DNA of 63,911 bases, counting the filler, from Basidiobolus ranarum (lineage: Eukaryota): NCBI GenBank assembly GCA_040143965.1. It is 9 parts of 9 records of this genome, joined end to end, with 100 filler letters (N's around TTAATTAATTAA, not from the genome) between each part and the next. Parts side by side here need not be neighbours in the genome. Positions count along the whole stretch, not along the records: positions 42,739 to 49,735 come from JASJQH010001195.1; positions 49,836 to 56,825 come from JASJQH010001196.1; positions 56,926 to 63,911 come from JASJQH010001197.1; 6 more parts are not named here. One strand, given 5' to 3'. The translations under genes were made by a program, and so were the position numbers. The notes beneath the pieces were generated by a model. That model worked only from the letters and a program-made list of their open reading frames with translations. It ran no database searches and was not told the origin of the DNA. Shown one piece after another: positions 48,237 to 61,920 of this stretch (position 1 is the stretch's first letter; the number at the start of each line of letters is the position of its first letter).

Positions 48237-49179
48237 TCACTGAGGTTTGGAGAGTTGTGCTAAATGTGGTGCGCCAGCAAGATGCGCCAATATTGCTATC
48301 AGTTGACCCTGCCTCTCTTCCATACGATTCCATCTTTCAGTAAGATCGGCGAATTGGGCATCCATCACTCTCCTGTTGTTCTCAATCATTTTATATTGCA
48401 ACTGATGTGATTCACGCTGGAGTCTTTCGATGGATTTTAATGATTCGGCGACATCCTGCTGGAAAGGATTTTGATAACGATAATTCGAATTATCTTCCTC
48501 GTGTTCGTCATCCTCTTTCATATCTTCTGAAGAATGTCGTCCATTACAGGATGTATTAACAAATGTATGGGCTTCTTGTATCATCACGTTTGGAACTGTG
48601 TTGCCTACAAGACTATCTTTGTGAGAGGGGGGTGTGGCCAAAGTTGGTTGCTGAGCCATAAAGATACTCATTGAATCGGCGCCAGTGTTCTGGCCTAAAA
48701 TGGTCGGCGGTTGAATAGTAGTCCTTTCTTCGATAGCTTGCTCCATTTCTTTTTCAAAAGGAAAAAATTGACCACCGCCTCCTTGAGCTTTGTAACGAAT
48801 AAATCTCTAAAAATTCAGGAAGGAGAGGTTATATTTAAGAAAGATAAGAAATACTCAAGTTCCCGAAAAACATAAACCATATATATATATATGACTTTCT
48901 TACTTTATATCGTTTCAATAAAGTTTTCCATCGGTCCTCACATTGACGTGCAGTTCTATTGTAACCTTTCTGTCTCAAAATCTCCGCGACCTTCGAGTAT
49001 TTCCCTTTAATATTTTCACTTGTAAACGAGCGCCAACTGTGGATTAAAGTTAACGTCTCTTCACGTGTCCATAAATCTCTACTTGGACCTCCTGAAGGAT
49101 CGCCAATAGAGATTGAATTAGTACCAGGTGGTGCGGTTATCGTTGTGATGGAGAGCGACCCAAGGCTATCTGAACTCAT
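48237..49179 (-). CDS. Trihelix / Myb-SANT-like (GT-1 type) DNA-binding protein with C-terminal coiled coil, 2 exons
   Basis: Exon 1 49179..48904 WTREETLTLI...YSKVAEILRQKGYNRTARQCEDRWKTLLKRYK, exon 2 48806..48237 ...FFPFEKEME..., heptad-rich C-terminus. Confidence 0.85.
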
Positions 49180-49835
49180 GAATGAAGCAGGTAGTAACCC
49201 AAAAGTGACTTGGAGAAAAGGTGCGTGGAGTAGTTTGGGTGATGGCCAACCCTGCCTCGAGACTTTGAGTCTCACCTACCCCGTCACGATCGGGGGATAC
49301 CCATCCAAAAAAGCCAGTAAAAAATGGGATTTGATTTGTCAGGAGGATTTCCTAAACCCTCCAAAACCAATTTAAATCAATTCTACCTGACTCATCAGAT
49401 TTTTTCATATTGCTCAAGTAGAATGATGAGGGAATCCCTATAAATATATTAAAGTGTACTTGATTAAAACTAAATATTCAACTAGTTGATGGAATGACTG
49501 CTATTCACGGTTACAGTGTTTTAGCCTAAAATGAGACAATTTAAAAATAAAATTAGACGCTTCATAAAATAAATGGGATGATTGCAAAAAATCTTTGAGA
49601 CGAGTGAATGTAAAAAAATAGGCAGTGTGGTTTTTTTTGTAGACGAAGCGCATTAATGTTCAAAGACTTACACTGTATCTTGGATTAGTGTAGCGGTAAC
49701 TACAAAGGATGGGTTGGTTTTTTAGTGGGTCGACTNNNNNNNNNNNNNNNNNNNNNNNNNNNNNNNNNNNNNNNNNNNNTTAATTAATTAANNNNNNNNN
49801 NNNNNNNNNNNNNNNNNNNNNNNNNNNNNNNNNNN

Positions 49836-50232
49836 TTATACCTTTATTAAGATTAGTTTATACAACTATTTAGTAGAGAGAGAGTATTGAAATTAGGATT
49901 GCCCAAACACCTACATAGTCATTTATAGCTTAGTATGTAGTTGTCCTATAATTCTCTAAACTATCATCCATTATTCTCTATTGGAATTTACTTGGAATAT
50001 TTTTACAAACTTAGAAGTTCCCAGATCTATAGCTTTTTTCAAACCTGTGCTAGAAGCTCCAAGCTTTTCACACATGTTCCTGGGACCTTCCTTGACACAT
50101 TCTTGACATTGGTTTGTTTACATTTTGACACAACCATAAATGTCTACTTTCTACTCAATAAATCAAAAAGTAATAACCACCAATTCCTCTAATTCTCCAA
50201 ACTACTTCCAACAGGCTCATAAGTACTTTAAA
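49836..50232 (+). mobile_element. Copia 3' end: PPT and 3' LTR, family A
   Basis: Purine tract AGTAGAGAGAGAG directly before TATTGAAATTAGG (49885); body matches family A. Confidence 0.82.
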
Positions 50233-50239
50233 AGAAAAG

Positions 50240-52147
50240 GCTCTCCTGAGCCTTGCTTCTTGTAGTTCCAATTTGGGTTGTTTGATCAAGATTTCATTCT
50301 TGAGGCAATGGCCTCAACTCTGCCCTTTGCTGAGTTTCTGTCCTGAGTCAGCTTTTCCTTACTATTGTTTGACCAAGCTTATATTCATGAAGGTCTCTAA
50401 GTTTTGAAAGCAATGTATCTCCTGGAAATTTTGAGTAACATCAATAGACTATGCAGAAACAGGACTTCTGAATTGTACTATGTGCTTAGATATGGCAAGC
50501 AATAAGGCTTGATCAACACAATCCTCTCACTTGTGTGTTGCTCCATTGATATACTTGCATAGCATTTTGCCAAAAAGTACATTCAATCTGACAATGACTC
50601 CATGGGTTCTTGGATGATTGGTAGAGGTCTTCAAATGCTAGATATATAGAGGTTGCAAATAGGCTCCAAGTGTTTTTACAACAAAGTTAGCACCTTGTCC
50701 CACCAGAATCTCAAAAGGGCATCCAAACTTGATCAAAATTTCATGCTAAGTAAAACTTCCAACTTCTTCTTTGCTGGCTTTTATTACTGCTCAGGCAACT
50801 GGCTACTTAGATGCATGGGCAAAGGAAACAAGAATCCATTGGTTGCTTCTTCTGGCTGTGACTAGTCTTCCAACTAAATCAATCATCAATTGTTGAAATG
50901 GTCGTACTGGCTCTAAAGGGAATAACTTGGCTTATCTCTTGGTTTGAATCCAATTGATTTGACAACTAGGGCAAGTCTTGACTAGTTTCACTACATCACT
51001 CTTTATCTTAGGTCCCTATGCTCTGGTCTTCAATAGGTTGAGTGTCCCTTTATTTCCTACATGTTGATAACTGTCATGTAGTTTATGTGCCAAGTCCAAT
51101 TGGTGGGGACAGGGGCAGTAAGGTAATGGTTGGTCATCAATAATTCAGTAGAAAGTTTCTTCTGGTATAACCAATTTCTCCACTTCCTGACAAATCAATT
51201 TTTGTACTTCTTCCCCTGCTACCTCTGAGAATGTTTGGTCATCCAAAAACTGTGGTACAAGTATGAGCCAATCAGATTCTTCAATGAAAGTGCTTTCCTT
51301 GGGCTTATGGACTTGAAATAAAGCATATGCTACAACATTGCATTTGCCATTGTAATAACCAAAATTTAAGTCAAACTGTTGCAGGCATTCACTCCATTGT
51401 ATCAATGTTCTTGATAGCACCTTTTGGGAGCTAATGTACTGTAGCAAGACATGGTGTGTCTTCACAGTAGTCTTTACTTGTTCTGATTAGCATCTCCTGA
51501 CTTTGAGGAAACAGAAGATGGCAAGTATATGGGTTTCATCAACTGGATTGTTCTACTCAGCCCTTTCATATATTTGGACTCAAAGGGAATCAAAGTGTTC
51601 CACATCATTGTGAAGTTAACTAAGAACTCCTCCTATGGCATAGGCTGAGGCTTCTGTAGTGAAAATGAATGGCTTGGCAAAGACATTCTGTATTGATCTC
51701 ATAATGGTAGCTGGTGCACTAGTTAGCCAAAAACTTGTGACAAGATACTCATAGTGATTATATCTTGACCTAGAGGCAGTCTTGGGTATATCTTCCGGGC
51801 TCACTTGGATCCAGTTGTAGTCTGACATAGGATCAATTTTGCTAAACATTCTGGCTCCATTAAGTTGATCCAGCAGCTCATCTATCCTAAGGATTGGACA
51901 TTTGTTCTTTACAAGGTTAGAGTTCAGTGCTCACTAATCAACACACATTCTTAAGGTTCCATTTTTCCTCTTGACACACAAGACTGGTGCTCCCCACAGT
52001 GACTTGGTTGGTCTTACATATCCTTATTCCTGAGTTGCTCAATCTGCTTCTTGACTTCTTGTTGTACCAAGTGACTCATGTGGTAGGGTGCTTTGCACAC
52101 AGGTTCACCATCTCCAGTATCAAGTACATGGATTACTTCTTTAACAG
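50240..52147 (-). mobile_element. Decayed Ty3/Gypsy pol (RT-RNase H-integrase order), internally deleted
   Basis: GYVRPTKSLWGAPVL...GTLRMCVD...CPILRIDELLDQLNGARMFSKID, DIPKTASRSRYNHYEYLV, KPFIFTTEASAYAIGGVLS, WSECLQQFD, HKLHDSYQHVG. Confidence 0.88.
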
Positions 52148-54847
52148 GAAGATATACTGGGTATTCTTTCTCAAATCAAAATCTGAAGCCTTAGTTAAGT
52201 TCATGCACTACACAGCAATGGTAAAGAAAGAATCAGCACAAAAAATACGGGTACTGAGGGGTGATAACAATGCAGAATACTGCTCTAAAGACATTACTAG
52301 CTTTTGTTCTAAACATGGAATCAAGCAATAAACTACTGTACCTTATACTCCACAGGAAAAGGAAGTTGCAGAACATACCAAGGTGGAGATGGCAAGATCA
52401 GTGTTACATGATCAAAAGTTTGAATACCAGTATTGGGTCAAATCTGTCTCTGCTGCAGTTTATATCAAAAAGAGATACCCAACAAGATTGCTGCAAAATT
52501 CTACTCCATTTGAAGCCCTATATGAATGAAAACCGAGTGTGGATCATATCAGGATCTTTGGTTGCAGAGCATATTGCCTAATTGCAGCTCAAAAATGCTC
52601 TAAATTTGAACCCAAAAGCAGAATATGAATATTTTGTGGTGACTGGATGGATCTAAGGCCTCCACACTGTTTGATACCAAGTTATCAGAAATTGAGTAAG
52701 TGCAGAGATGCAATTTTTGATGAAAAAGCAACTTTTCATCTCATATTACAGTTCTTGATCCAGAAAACACAATCAGCACTAATCAGGAAGTGTCCAACAA
52801 AATTGTGGCTGTATCTGAGCCCTATTCAGCCACAATTATAGTTCCAATTATATCAGAGGATGATTCCGTTCCCAGTATATCATTCAGAAGGAGAAATAAG
52901 CCATGGAACTTGTGGAGAATGCTAATGATGTTGTATATGCTTATGCAGCTTACTGTGACAAACCACAGATTATATAGATCAAGCTCTGAAGTTTCCAATA
53001 TCAAAATTATTGGAAAATGTAATGTCTGCTGAGTTTTTCTCATTTCAGGTCAACAAAAAGTTGGTTTCAGGTCCTCTGCTCCTAGTAAGAAAGCCAAAAG
53101 GTTGCAAATGGGCCTTCAAAGATGAAAACCAAGATGATGGAACCATAGAAATGTACAAAGCAAGTTTAGTTGTAAATGGTTATTCCCAGACTCCAGTGGC
53201 TGATTTTCACAAACCTTTAGCTCCAGTAGCTAAGTTTAGCTCTGTTAGATCACTCATGGCACTCTGAGCCATCCATAACCTTGACTTATATCAAATGTAT
53301 GTAAAAATAGCCCTTATGAATTGAAATCTAGAAGAAGAGATGTACATGAAGCAACCAGATGGATTTGTTGACCTAAAACACCCTGATATGCTCTATAAGC
53401 TGCAAAAATCACTATATGGACTCAAGCATGCACTCACAGCTTGGTACAGCAAGTTAGATTCCTAATATAGTTTAAATTACTTGAATTTCATATATGAACA
53501 GCAGATCACAGTATTTACATCAAAACAACAGGAAATAGAGTAATAATCTTGGCACTCTATGTGGATGACTTGATCACAGCAACAAATGATCTAGAAGCAC
53601 TTAAACAGACAAAAAGCAGCTTATCAAAACCAATTCCAGAAGACTGATATGAGTGAGTCAAGTTATTTTCTTGGAATTCAAATTGAGAGAGATAAATCTA
53701 ATCAGATGATCATGCTGAATCTGTCCAGATAAATTCTAGGTCTCTTAAAATGCTTTGACATGGAGAATAACAAGCCTGTATGAACATCAAATGATCTCAC
53801 TATGAAATTGATCAAACTTCATCCAATTTGGCCCAAATTGACTCAAATCAAAGCCAGGAGTTCTCTAATCAATACTTGGTGAGTACTTTAATGTGTAAAG
53901 TGGTTGGAACATGTCCAGATATTGCTGTGGCAGTGGGAAGTGTCAGCCAATATCTCAAAAATGTAGGATCTGAGCACATAACTGCAGTTAAACAACTATT
54001 TAGGTATTTGAGATGACCGGTAGATCTAGCTTTGGAAACACTCTGCCACTCATCATGTACAAAATTTTGAAGGCTTCAGTGATGCAAACTGGGCAAGAAA
54101 CCTTGATGATAGAAGATTGACAACTGATCACACTTTTCTTCATGGCAGTGGAGCCATAACTTGGCATAATAAGAAGAAACCAACTATAGCACTTTGCCTT
54201 ACAGAAGCAGAGTATATGGCTGTCAGTGCTACTACCTAAGAAGCTATGTGGCTAAGGAAGTTATTTACAGACTTAGGATATGTGCAAAAATGTGCTAGTA
54301 CTGTCTTTGAAGATAATGAACATTGTATTTCCTTAGCTAAAAACCTTATATTTCATGCTAAAGTAAGATATATAGATACTAGGCATCATTCTGTTAGAGA
54401 AGCAATAAAGAATGACATAATCGAAGTTCTCCATTGCCCTACTGGTGAAATGGTTGCTAACATCCAAACCAAACCTTTAGCTAAAGCACAATTTGAATCA
54501 AAAGTTACAAGTTAGGTTTGAGAGATATACAAAATAATTAGTTGAGTGAGAATGTTGGAATTTGGTAAATAGCAACTCCATTTGTCCAATCAAAAATGTG
54601 TGTAACTGATCTAATTGATAGAAATATATAGATCTACCAATTTTCTTTATTTTGTCAAAACACTCCAAATCATGTCAAACTCTCACCCATGCTTAAAGGT
54701 TTGCTTGTTGAGATATAAGCATGTTCAGTAGTTCAATTTCATAGTAATCTTTAAATAGGACATATTGAATCAATGAAACTGAAGTGACTAATTCACAAAT
54801 CCAAATCTTGTCCAAAACACATCCAAATCCCCTAAACACTTTGAGCA
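52148..54847 (+). mobile_element. Decayed Copia element (integrase, RT, RNase H, PPT, 3' LTR family B 54553..~54847), 5' part missing
   Basis: WVFFLKSKSEAL...KIRVLRGDNNAEY, YKASLVVNGYSQ, LALYVDDLI, FSDANWARNLDDRR, EAEYMA, ANIQTKPLAK; PPT AGTTGAGTGAGAA. Confidence 0.9.
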
Positions 54848-55907
54848 CAGACCCATATTACAGTACATCCCAGAGTTTTTTGACCAAGGTTAGTGCACCC
54901 TATGTAGTTTTCATGAAACTCTGAAGATATTGCAATTATGATTGCTGCTTACATCCTGAAAGAACTGCAACATTGCCATAACAAACATAAAATCCTCCTT
55001 GGTTCCTACATGGTTTGCTTGTGCTGTCTTTTGTTGCATTGCAGTATACCTCTTGTAGCAGCTCTTGACATAGTGCCCAGGCTTGAGACAATAGTGACAT
55101 AGAAATTTTGTCTTCTTGTCAGAGTTCTTTGCACCAACTTAGTGGCTTGGAGCCATTTGGTTGAGTATCCACACTGGTAAGAATTATCCAGTCTTTTGTT
55201 GAGAGCAGCATCTTCATACTTGTGTTCCAGATCAGAGAGTCTTCTCCATCAAAGCAGCTAAGGTTTCTTACACTAATGTTCAACTCTTGAAAGTAGTCAA
55301 TATGGCTCATAACCTGATGGCAGAGGGTGGATGAAGAGTGATATAAGAAAGGTAGTGTAGTGATGGAATGTAACCATGGTGAGAACTACTTATTTCAAAG
55401 CATAGGTAATATGCTGGATATATCAAAATATTTTGATCAGATAGCAGAAAACTCATCAAATTTTCACTAAGCATTACTCTCCAAATATATTGTAGCTGAA
55501 ACTTATGTAATGACCTAGCACTTTTCAAGACATAGGAGCCAATCTCACATAAATATAGCACAGATTAAGATACTAATTGTGATGATGACTAGTTGTAAAT
55601 GGGTCTTCCTGACCAGCTTATCATGTTGATAAGCTTCAGTGAACAATAAAACCTACTAAAGTAACTCACTAATAAACTAACTAAGTATATTCCAAAATAT
55701 GAACCAGTCATTGTCAGTTGAAAAAAGGATGATGTTGATTGAAAAGATATGGCTCTAATTTATACCTTTGTCAAGGCAGTGTTAATTACCATAATGATAA
55801 TCCAGAAAGTTTCAGATAACTCCATCAGTTGGAAATGGGGATCTTGATAATATATTTAAGTATTTTATGATTAGTAGCCCACAAAATGTTCTTGAAAGTT
55901 GCCAACA
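54848..55907 (-). mobile_element. 5' part of a third Copia family (LTR ending ...GCCATCA, PBS GGTTATGAGCC, gag start); outer LTR boundary uncertain
   Basis: Plus-strand GGCTCATAACCTGATGGC at ~55304..55321; gag-like FDGEDSLIWNTSMKMLL. Confidence 0.6.
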
Positions 55908-56035
55908 GTCATGAAATGTTACTGTATAATCAAATTTTGGTTGGTCAACATTCAATCAGAAAAGAAATATTTTGGTATTTTATGGAATACTGAGGACAAT
56001 TGTAGGTATTTACAAAGTATAATAGGGCAAATAAG

Positions 56036-56825
56036 TTTTGAGATTAGGCAAATAACAACTCATTATTTAGCAGCTAGTTTACTTACATTCTGATTATGTA
56101 GTAATTGATTCTGTCATTGAAACACATTTGTTGATTGCTCACATTGATAGAAATATCAATTGGTTCACTTTAACCAAATTTCATTATTTTCTCAAACCCT
56201 CTCCAAATCACCTCAAATTCTTGCCTGTGCTTAACAGGCATGTTTGTGTTGATCTAAGCATGTCCAATAGTTCTATTTTAGTAAACTATAAATAGTACTT
56301 AATCAATTCAAAAAACATAAGTTGCTAATTCACAAATCCAAATCTTGTCCAAAACACCTCTATCATGTAATCAGCCCCAATCTAGACACTCAAGGAGTCT
56401 TTACCAATACTGTTACCAATGTTTTTGAATCTACAGAGAAGTTTAATGGTGACAACTTTCACCTTTAGGAGTTCAAAATGCAAATGGTGCTATTTGACAA
56501 GGACCTTTGAGGATTTGTTGCCGGAGAAGAAATAAAGCCAAAGTGACCACCAGATGCTTTGCTTGCCTTTCACAAGAAGCAGAGGAAAGCACTCTCTAGA
56601 CTTTGTCTACATTTCAGAGACTCTTAATTAAGGCACATTCAATTGGCCATATTTTTGAAAATGATTTGGAAACACTTGAGGAACTATGGGAGACAAAAAG
56701 TGTGGCTCACTGGCTACATCTTAGGTGAAAATTATGCTCAATTCAGAGGAGTGGTGATGACTCTTTCTCAATTGTATAAATTGGATAAAAACTATGGCAG
56801 ATCAGCTCTCATCCATTGGAGCACC
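56036..56825 (+). mobile_element. Family-B Copia 5' LTR (56036..56365), decayed PBS and gag start, cut by gap
   Basis: LTR similar to 28571..28909; EKFNGDNFHL*EFKMQMVL...AFHKKQRKALS matches the gag at 31700..32040. Confidence 0.85.
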
Positions 56826-57082
56826 NNNNNNNNNNNNNNNNNNNNNNNNNNNNNNNNNNNNNNNNNNNNTTAATTAATTAANNNNNNNNNNNNNNNNNNN
56901 NNNNNNNNNNNNNNNNNNNNNNNNNAATACTACGTCCCGACTAGGAATCAACTCATCATTGATTATTACTCATCTTCATCTCATTACGACCAATCCACTC
57001 TCTATCTATTTTACTATAACTAAAGGCACTACTTTCAATTACCTTTTGCTTGATCACAAGATCTTATTCACGTATCCCAACA

Positions 57083-58283
57083 ATGAATCAAAGCGAAGAG
57101 ATTACCACTATCTTTGTCATAGGATTTCCAGAAGACATGCAAGAACGTGAATTCCAGAACATGTTCATATTCTCTCCTGGGTTCGAGGCTGCTACTCTTA
57201 AAGTCCCCCAAGGAAGTGAGCCAGAGATCGGAGGTCGCAAGCAAATAGTAAGTTGTATGCATAAAGATGGTTTTGAACATTCAAATACTAATCACTCTCT
57301 TCCTTTAGATTGGTTTCGCTAAATTTCGCTCTAGACTTGAGGCCCTTCAGGCGCGTGATATCTTAAGCGGGAAAAAAATTGACTTCGATCGAGGTTGCAT
57401 GATCAAGGCTGAAATGGCAAAGAAGAATCTACTAATTAAGAAGATAGTGACTGCAGATGGAACTTTCGTCAATTCAAGTATGAATTTAGCTCAAGCACTT
57501 ACTCCCAATGCGATTCACGGTGTTGTTAAAAAGAAATATGGAAACACTGCGTTTGATTCATTCTTCCCTGGAGGCCCTATTCTTCCAGCAGGCTTACTCT
57601 CTCCTCAACCCCAAGTGCATGAATTTAACATGGACTACGAGACATCCAGCCTTCTATCCTCATCACCCCCATACGATGACGAACTTCTTGACCTAAATCC
57701 TGAAGAAATTAGTAGTTCATTTACTTCAGCTGCTTCCAGAGTAGTGGGATACAATCCAAAGAGGTCTCTCACAGCCCCTGCAGCCTTTGATGGAGTGGGT
57801 AACTCCTTCTCTTTCCCCAAATTCTCTATTTCAACTACGTATAATCAGCATAGTATGCTCTTTGGAAACAGTGCTACTATATCTCCTACTAGTGAATATT
57901 CACCATTCTCTGCTCTGTCTGGTAGTGAGGCCGGATTATCCACCTCTCTCTCATCAACAACTTCGAATTCTTCCTTTATGCCACCCCCTAGTAGAACTAA
58001 CTCGGGCGATCAGAACCCACCCTGTAATACTCTTTATGTTGGTAATCTTCCTATGAACACCATGGAGGAAGAATTACGCCAATTATTCACGGCTCAACCC
58101 GGGTATAAGCGACTGTGTTTCCGTATGAAGCCCCATTCTGGACCTATGTGCTTCATTGAATTCGATGATATTCAATACGCAACATATAGCCTTCAGGAAC
58201 TACAGGGACACCTTTTGAGCAATTCGATCAAAGGTGGCATTCGACTAAGTTACTCCAAGAACCCTCTTGGAGTTAGAACTTAA
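57083..58283 (+). CDS. Two-RRM RNA-binding protein, Scw1/Whi3-like, 2 exons
   Basis: Exons 57083-57247 and 57309-58283; [21 protein letters not shown]...KAEMAKKNL and [15 protein letters not shown]...GYKRLCFR...GPMCFIEF...[15 protein letters not shown]. Confidence 0.92.
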
Positions 58284-60628
58284 AACATTTGCATACTTCA
58301 TTCATGAGTATAGATCAGAATCTTCACCATCATCCAACTTTTTGGACTTCATCAATCATATGCAGAAAACGTGAGTTAGTACTATATCTATGTCCTCACT
58401 CGCATCTAACCATGTTTTCTTCACACTGATCAATATCTATCCATAGTACATCATTCCTATCTTTTTTTCTCATTTTAGTCTGGCATTTAAGCGTAAATTT
58501 TAAGTGAATATTCCATCGACCGATCAGTCAACAAGTGCATCTCAATCCATGTAAACAATTTTGCCACATGTACATAATCGTTAACTTGCACGTCTACTGT
58601 TTGTCAATCTTTTGTAACTCTCATGTATTCCGAATAAACACCAATAACATGACCGTGGATGAAGTCTTCTACGAAGGAAAACAGATCGGTAGCTCATGAA
58701 TGACACCACAGCCCCAATAGTTACAAAGTGAACACCACATACTTTGCATCATTCACAGAGCCATGGCATGTTGCTACGTAATTACAGGAAGAATATGCGA
58801 TTGGGCTTGACCCATCAATGAGCTATTTCCTATTTGACGTCACGCAATCATCATGATCTTCTTAGTGGCTAATGGGAATGATAGCAGAAGTTGCAAATGA
58901 ATTCTCATCTTTATTGATCATATACGAGCTCATAAATATAGATGCTGATCAAATCAGGTGTTCGGATTTCAATGAATAGCTTAATGGTTATTTTTAGTAT
59001 TTGATCAGAGTATACCTGCCAGATACAGGTGGACAAGGTAGGAGCCCTTGATATGTAGATTAGGTTGGAAACACCACAAATAGAGCAACATGACTGGGAA
59101 AATACCTGGCGGGTAACAATATTCCGAGTTTGCTTAGTGAGACAAAGTGTGGCATGTATATCACGAGTTGTACCATGTATCAATGAGCTACAGGCATGTA
59201 GTTTTGTACAAAGGGCCATTGTCCTTAATAATCGCCAATTGCAATATCTTCAATAAGTTGGATGCGATATTTTAACCACAATCACGAAACTCACGGTGTG
59301 AGGAATGGGTGAGACCTATCTAATTGGGCACTGATTATGTCACATGGATACAGTATTTTTATTCCTCATAATTGGCTTGGCTGAAGTTTCGACTGTTGTG
59401 CGTCCTAGATGTGTAATTCTTTAGTATATACGTTATACGAAGGAGTTGCCCTTACTAGGCTCAGGAGTAAATTTCCCACAACAAAGTGGATGGGGGAAGA
59501 GGGATAACTTGAGAAACTTTGCTTAACAGACACACCTAGGCCTGGAATATCAAACCTTCTGGTGCTTGCTGTAGGATGATGGCCTGAATCAACTACTTAT
59601 TAGCTAACGATTGTGAATGGATTTGGTTACCTGGGGACACAAGACTACTGGTGGTAGGTTAGTCCGAAAGTGGATTTCCTTCTTCACTAGCCCATCTAGT
59701 AACTCCGCAAACAGTCTTTACTGCGCGAGTGACTGCAAGATTGTGAGCGACTTGTATAGAGTCAGATCAACCTCAACTCTTCACCAGTCATCTGTGTTAC
59801 AGCCAATTAATTATGAGAAAAATCTAGATTACATGTGATATTGATTCGAAATGGTCACTGACAGCTCTGATGGTTGAAGTGTCTAGATAATCTACATTTC
59901 GCCAGGGAAATTTGGTCAATTGAGTGTATATCATTACGTGCTTGTGGTTCTCGGATTTCATCGATAAGCCATTGAAATTTCTACCTCATTTATTTCAATA
60001 TACCACTGAGAAAAGGGATTCATATGATTATTCACCTGATTGTAACATTGAAACTGGTTTGAAAGCTCTTGAAATTCGATGACCGATGGCTGATCGTTTT
60101 CACACTTTGCTTAGAGTTGGGTTATTTTGCTACTACTCACACAGGTTCTCCTTGGGATCGGCTCATCAATCCGAAATGGGTTCTCATTGAATTACACAAA
60201 GTAATCACGACGCCAAGAGTTTTCTGACCCAACAGTAAGTCAAATTAGTATTCTAACCATATTTCTACGTACTGTGTGAAATCTGCCTTACTGCCACTAT
60301 GGATGCTTTGAAAAGATCCTGCCTAATTCTGTCACTTGGTTCAATTACACTTTTCTCTACACAGTAGAGGTTTATTTGAGATGAATTGGGCTATGAGGCA
60401 TGGTTTATCAATCAAAGTAACATATCATGTCACGAGTGAATATCCCCATCCTAAGATTAGTGAATCAATGTTAGAAGTAGTGAGGGATGTAGAGAGGGTG
60501 GGGTTGGTTAAGATGATGACAGTTAAAATAATTGGCATGAGCCTCAAGGTTAGCTAAGAATCCTGATGAAGTGATGTCTGTTTAACATGATTATGGGTAG
60601 CAAATATTATTTGATCATCCTCCTCCTA

Positions 60629-61141
60629 CTAGACACCTGGAGTTTCCTTTATCACTGGCTCATGACTGTCTGCCAAATCAATCTCACTAAATTGTGACAT
60701 ATCCAGAGGTGCAGGTTCAGTTACAATCTCTGTTAGGTACCTAGGCTCGATTAGATGTGCGTCATCGTCATCCTCCACAGAAGAGAAAGTTAATGTTGAA
60801 TCCTGAGATGTGGTGCTCCATTTTTTTGAAAACCAAGACTTATCGACATCTCCATAGCCGGTCGGGAAACATCCCAGAACCTTTTTTGAGTCTTTCTCCA
60901 GGTATCCGATCAAATGAGATTCACTCTTAGAAACCACACAGATTCTATCCCCTTTCACGAAATGTAGAAGTGAGTGCTCAAGTTCATTGGGATTAAGCCC
61001 AGCATCTCCTTCGTTGCTTGTTGGTGGATATCTTTGATTAGCGATTAAAATACTTCGGATTTTTTGGGAACATGTGGATTGTCGTCGAGGGGAAGTAGAG
61101 TCATCCGATCCACGAAAGCAGCACAGAAATGTGAATAACAT
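60629..61141 (-). CDS. SH3-like domain protein with N-terminal Cys pair (possible palmitoylation)
   Basis: IANQRYPP...LHFVKGDRICVVSK...GYLE...GCFPTGY has a degenerate SH3 pattern; MLFTFLCCF N-terminus. Confidence 0.65.
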   Translation of the reverse strand: MLFTFLCCFRGSDDSTSPRRQSTCSQKIRSILIANQRYPPTSNEGDAGLNPNELEHSLLHFVKGDRICVVSKSESHLIGYLEKDSKKVLGCFPTGYGDVDKSWFSKKWSTTSQDSTLTFSSVEDDDDAHLIEPRYLTEIVTEPAPLDMSQFSEIDLADSHEPVIKETPGV

Positions 61142-61920
61142 GGAGGAACCTTGTTGAATTGACGAAAGCTAGATCGATCAGTCAACAAGTATGATTTTAT
61201 ATATCTACTCTACGCCACTTATTTGTACTCAAATCTCTAACAATTCCTAGACACAGCCTCATTTCCTCTGATACATTGAAGCTATCTCAAACGTGGCTGT
61301 GTTCGTGTCTATCGAGATCATCACCACAATTAACTTGAATTCACTTCATCGATCTTGTAATTAATGATTTCACTGGCATAGCCAACTTGATCAGCTTGTT
61401 TGGTCTGTTCCTCAAGTACCGGCACCAAGAAATAGGTTCAAATGGTATGTATAAACCATGCTCATCAGAAGTTCAGCAGATTAGCCGTGTTCATTTATAT
61501 AAATGAAACCTCGATAAACTTGTACCCAATAGAACACAATATTCTTGATATTATGTATCAGCCTACTAAGTCTATTTGTCATATTGATGCCTGAACTGTA
61601 GAGAAGCATGACCAAATTCTGAGTTGTCTGTAGCATACTAGCAATATTATTCACTCCTCACTTCAATGGGTCTCAATATCAAACAGTATTTATAAAGTAC
61701 TATTTATAGAGCGTCTTCATCCTTTTAACATTTCCCTCTTTCACATACACAGGATGGAGAGCAGGTTGACAGAGTTAAACAAGAACGTGTAATGATCAAC
61801 TAACAGTGGTGAAATAAATGGGAACAAATATTTTTCACCAGAATAATTATACTTTGTTTATTGGTTATATGCAGTCCTTTACATTATAGTTTGAATTGCT
61901 CATAGAGTAATCACATTTCC

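Noticed and set aside
43364-50192. Similar short ORFs at 43364, 47725 and 49941 (APNF..HVPGTFL)
   Set aside because: They are chance translations of family-A LTR copies, not a protein family
58300-60600. Short ORFs between the RRM and SH3 genes
   Set aside because: No recognisable motifs or consistent splice structure; treated as intergenic
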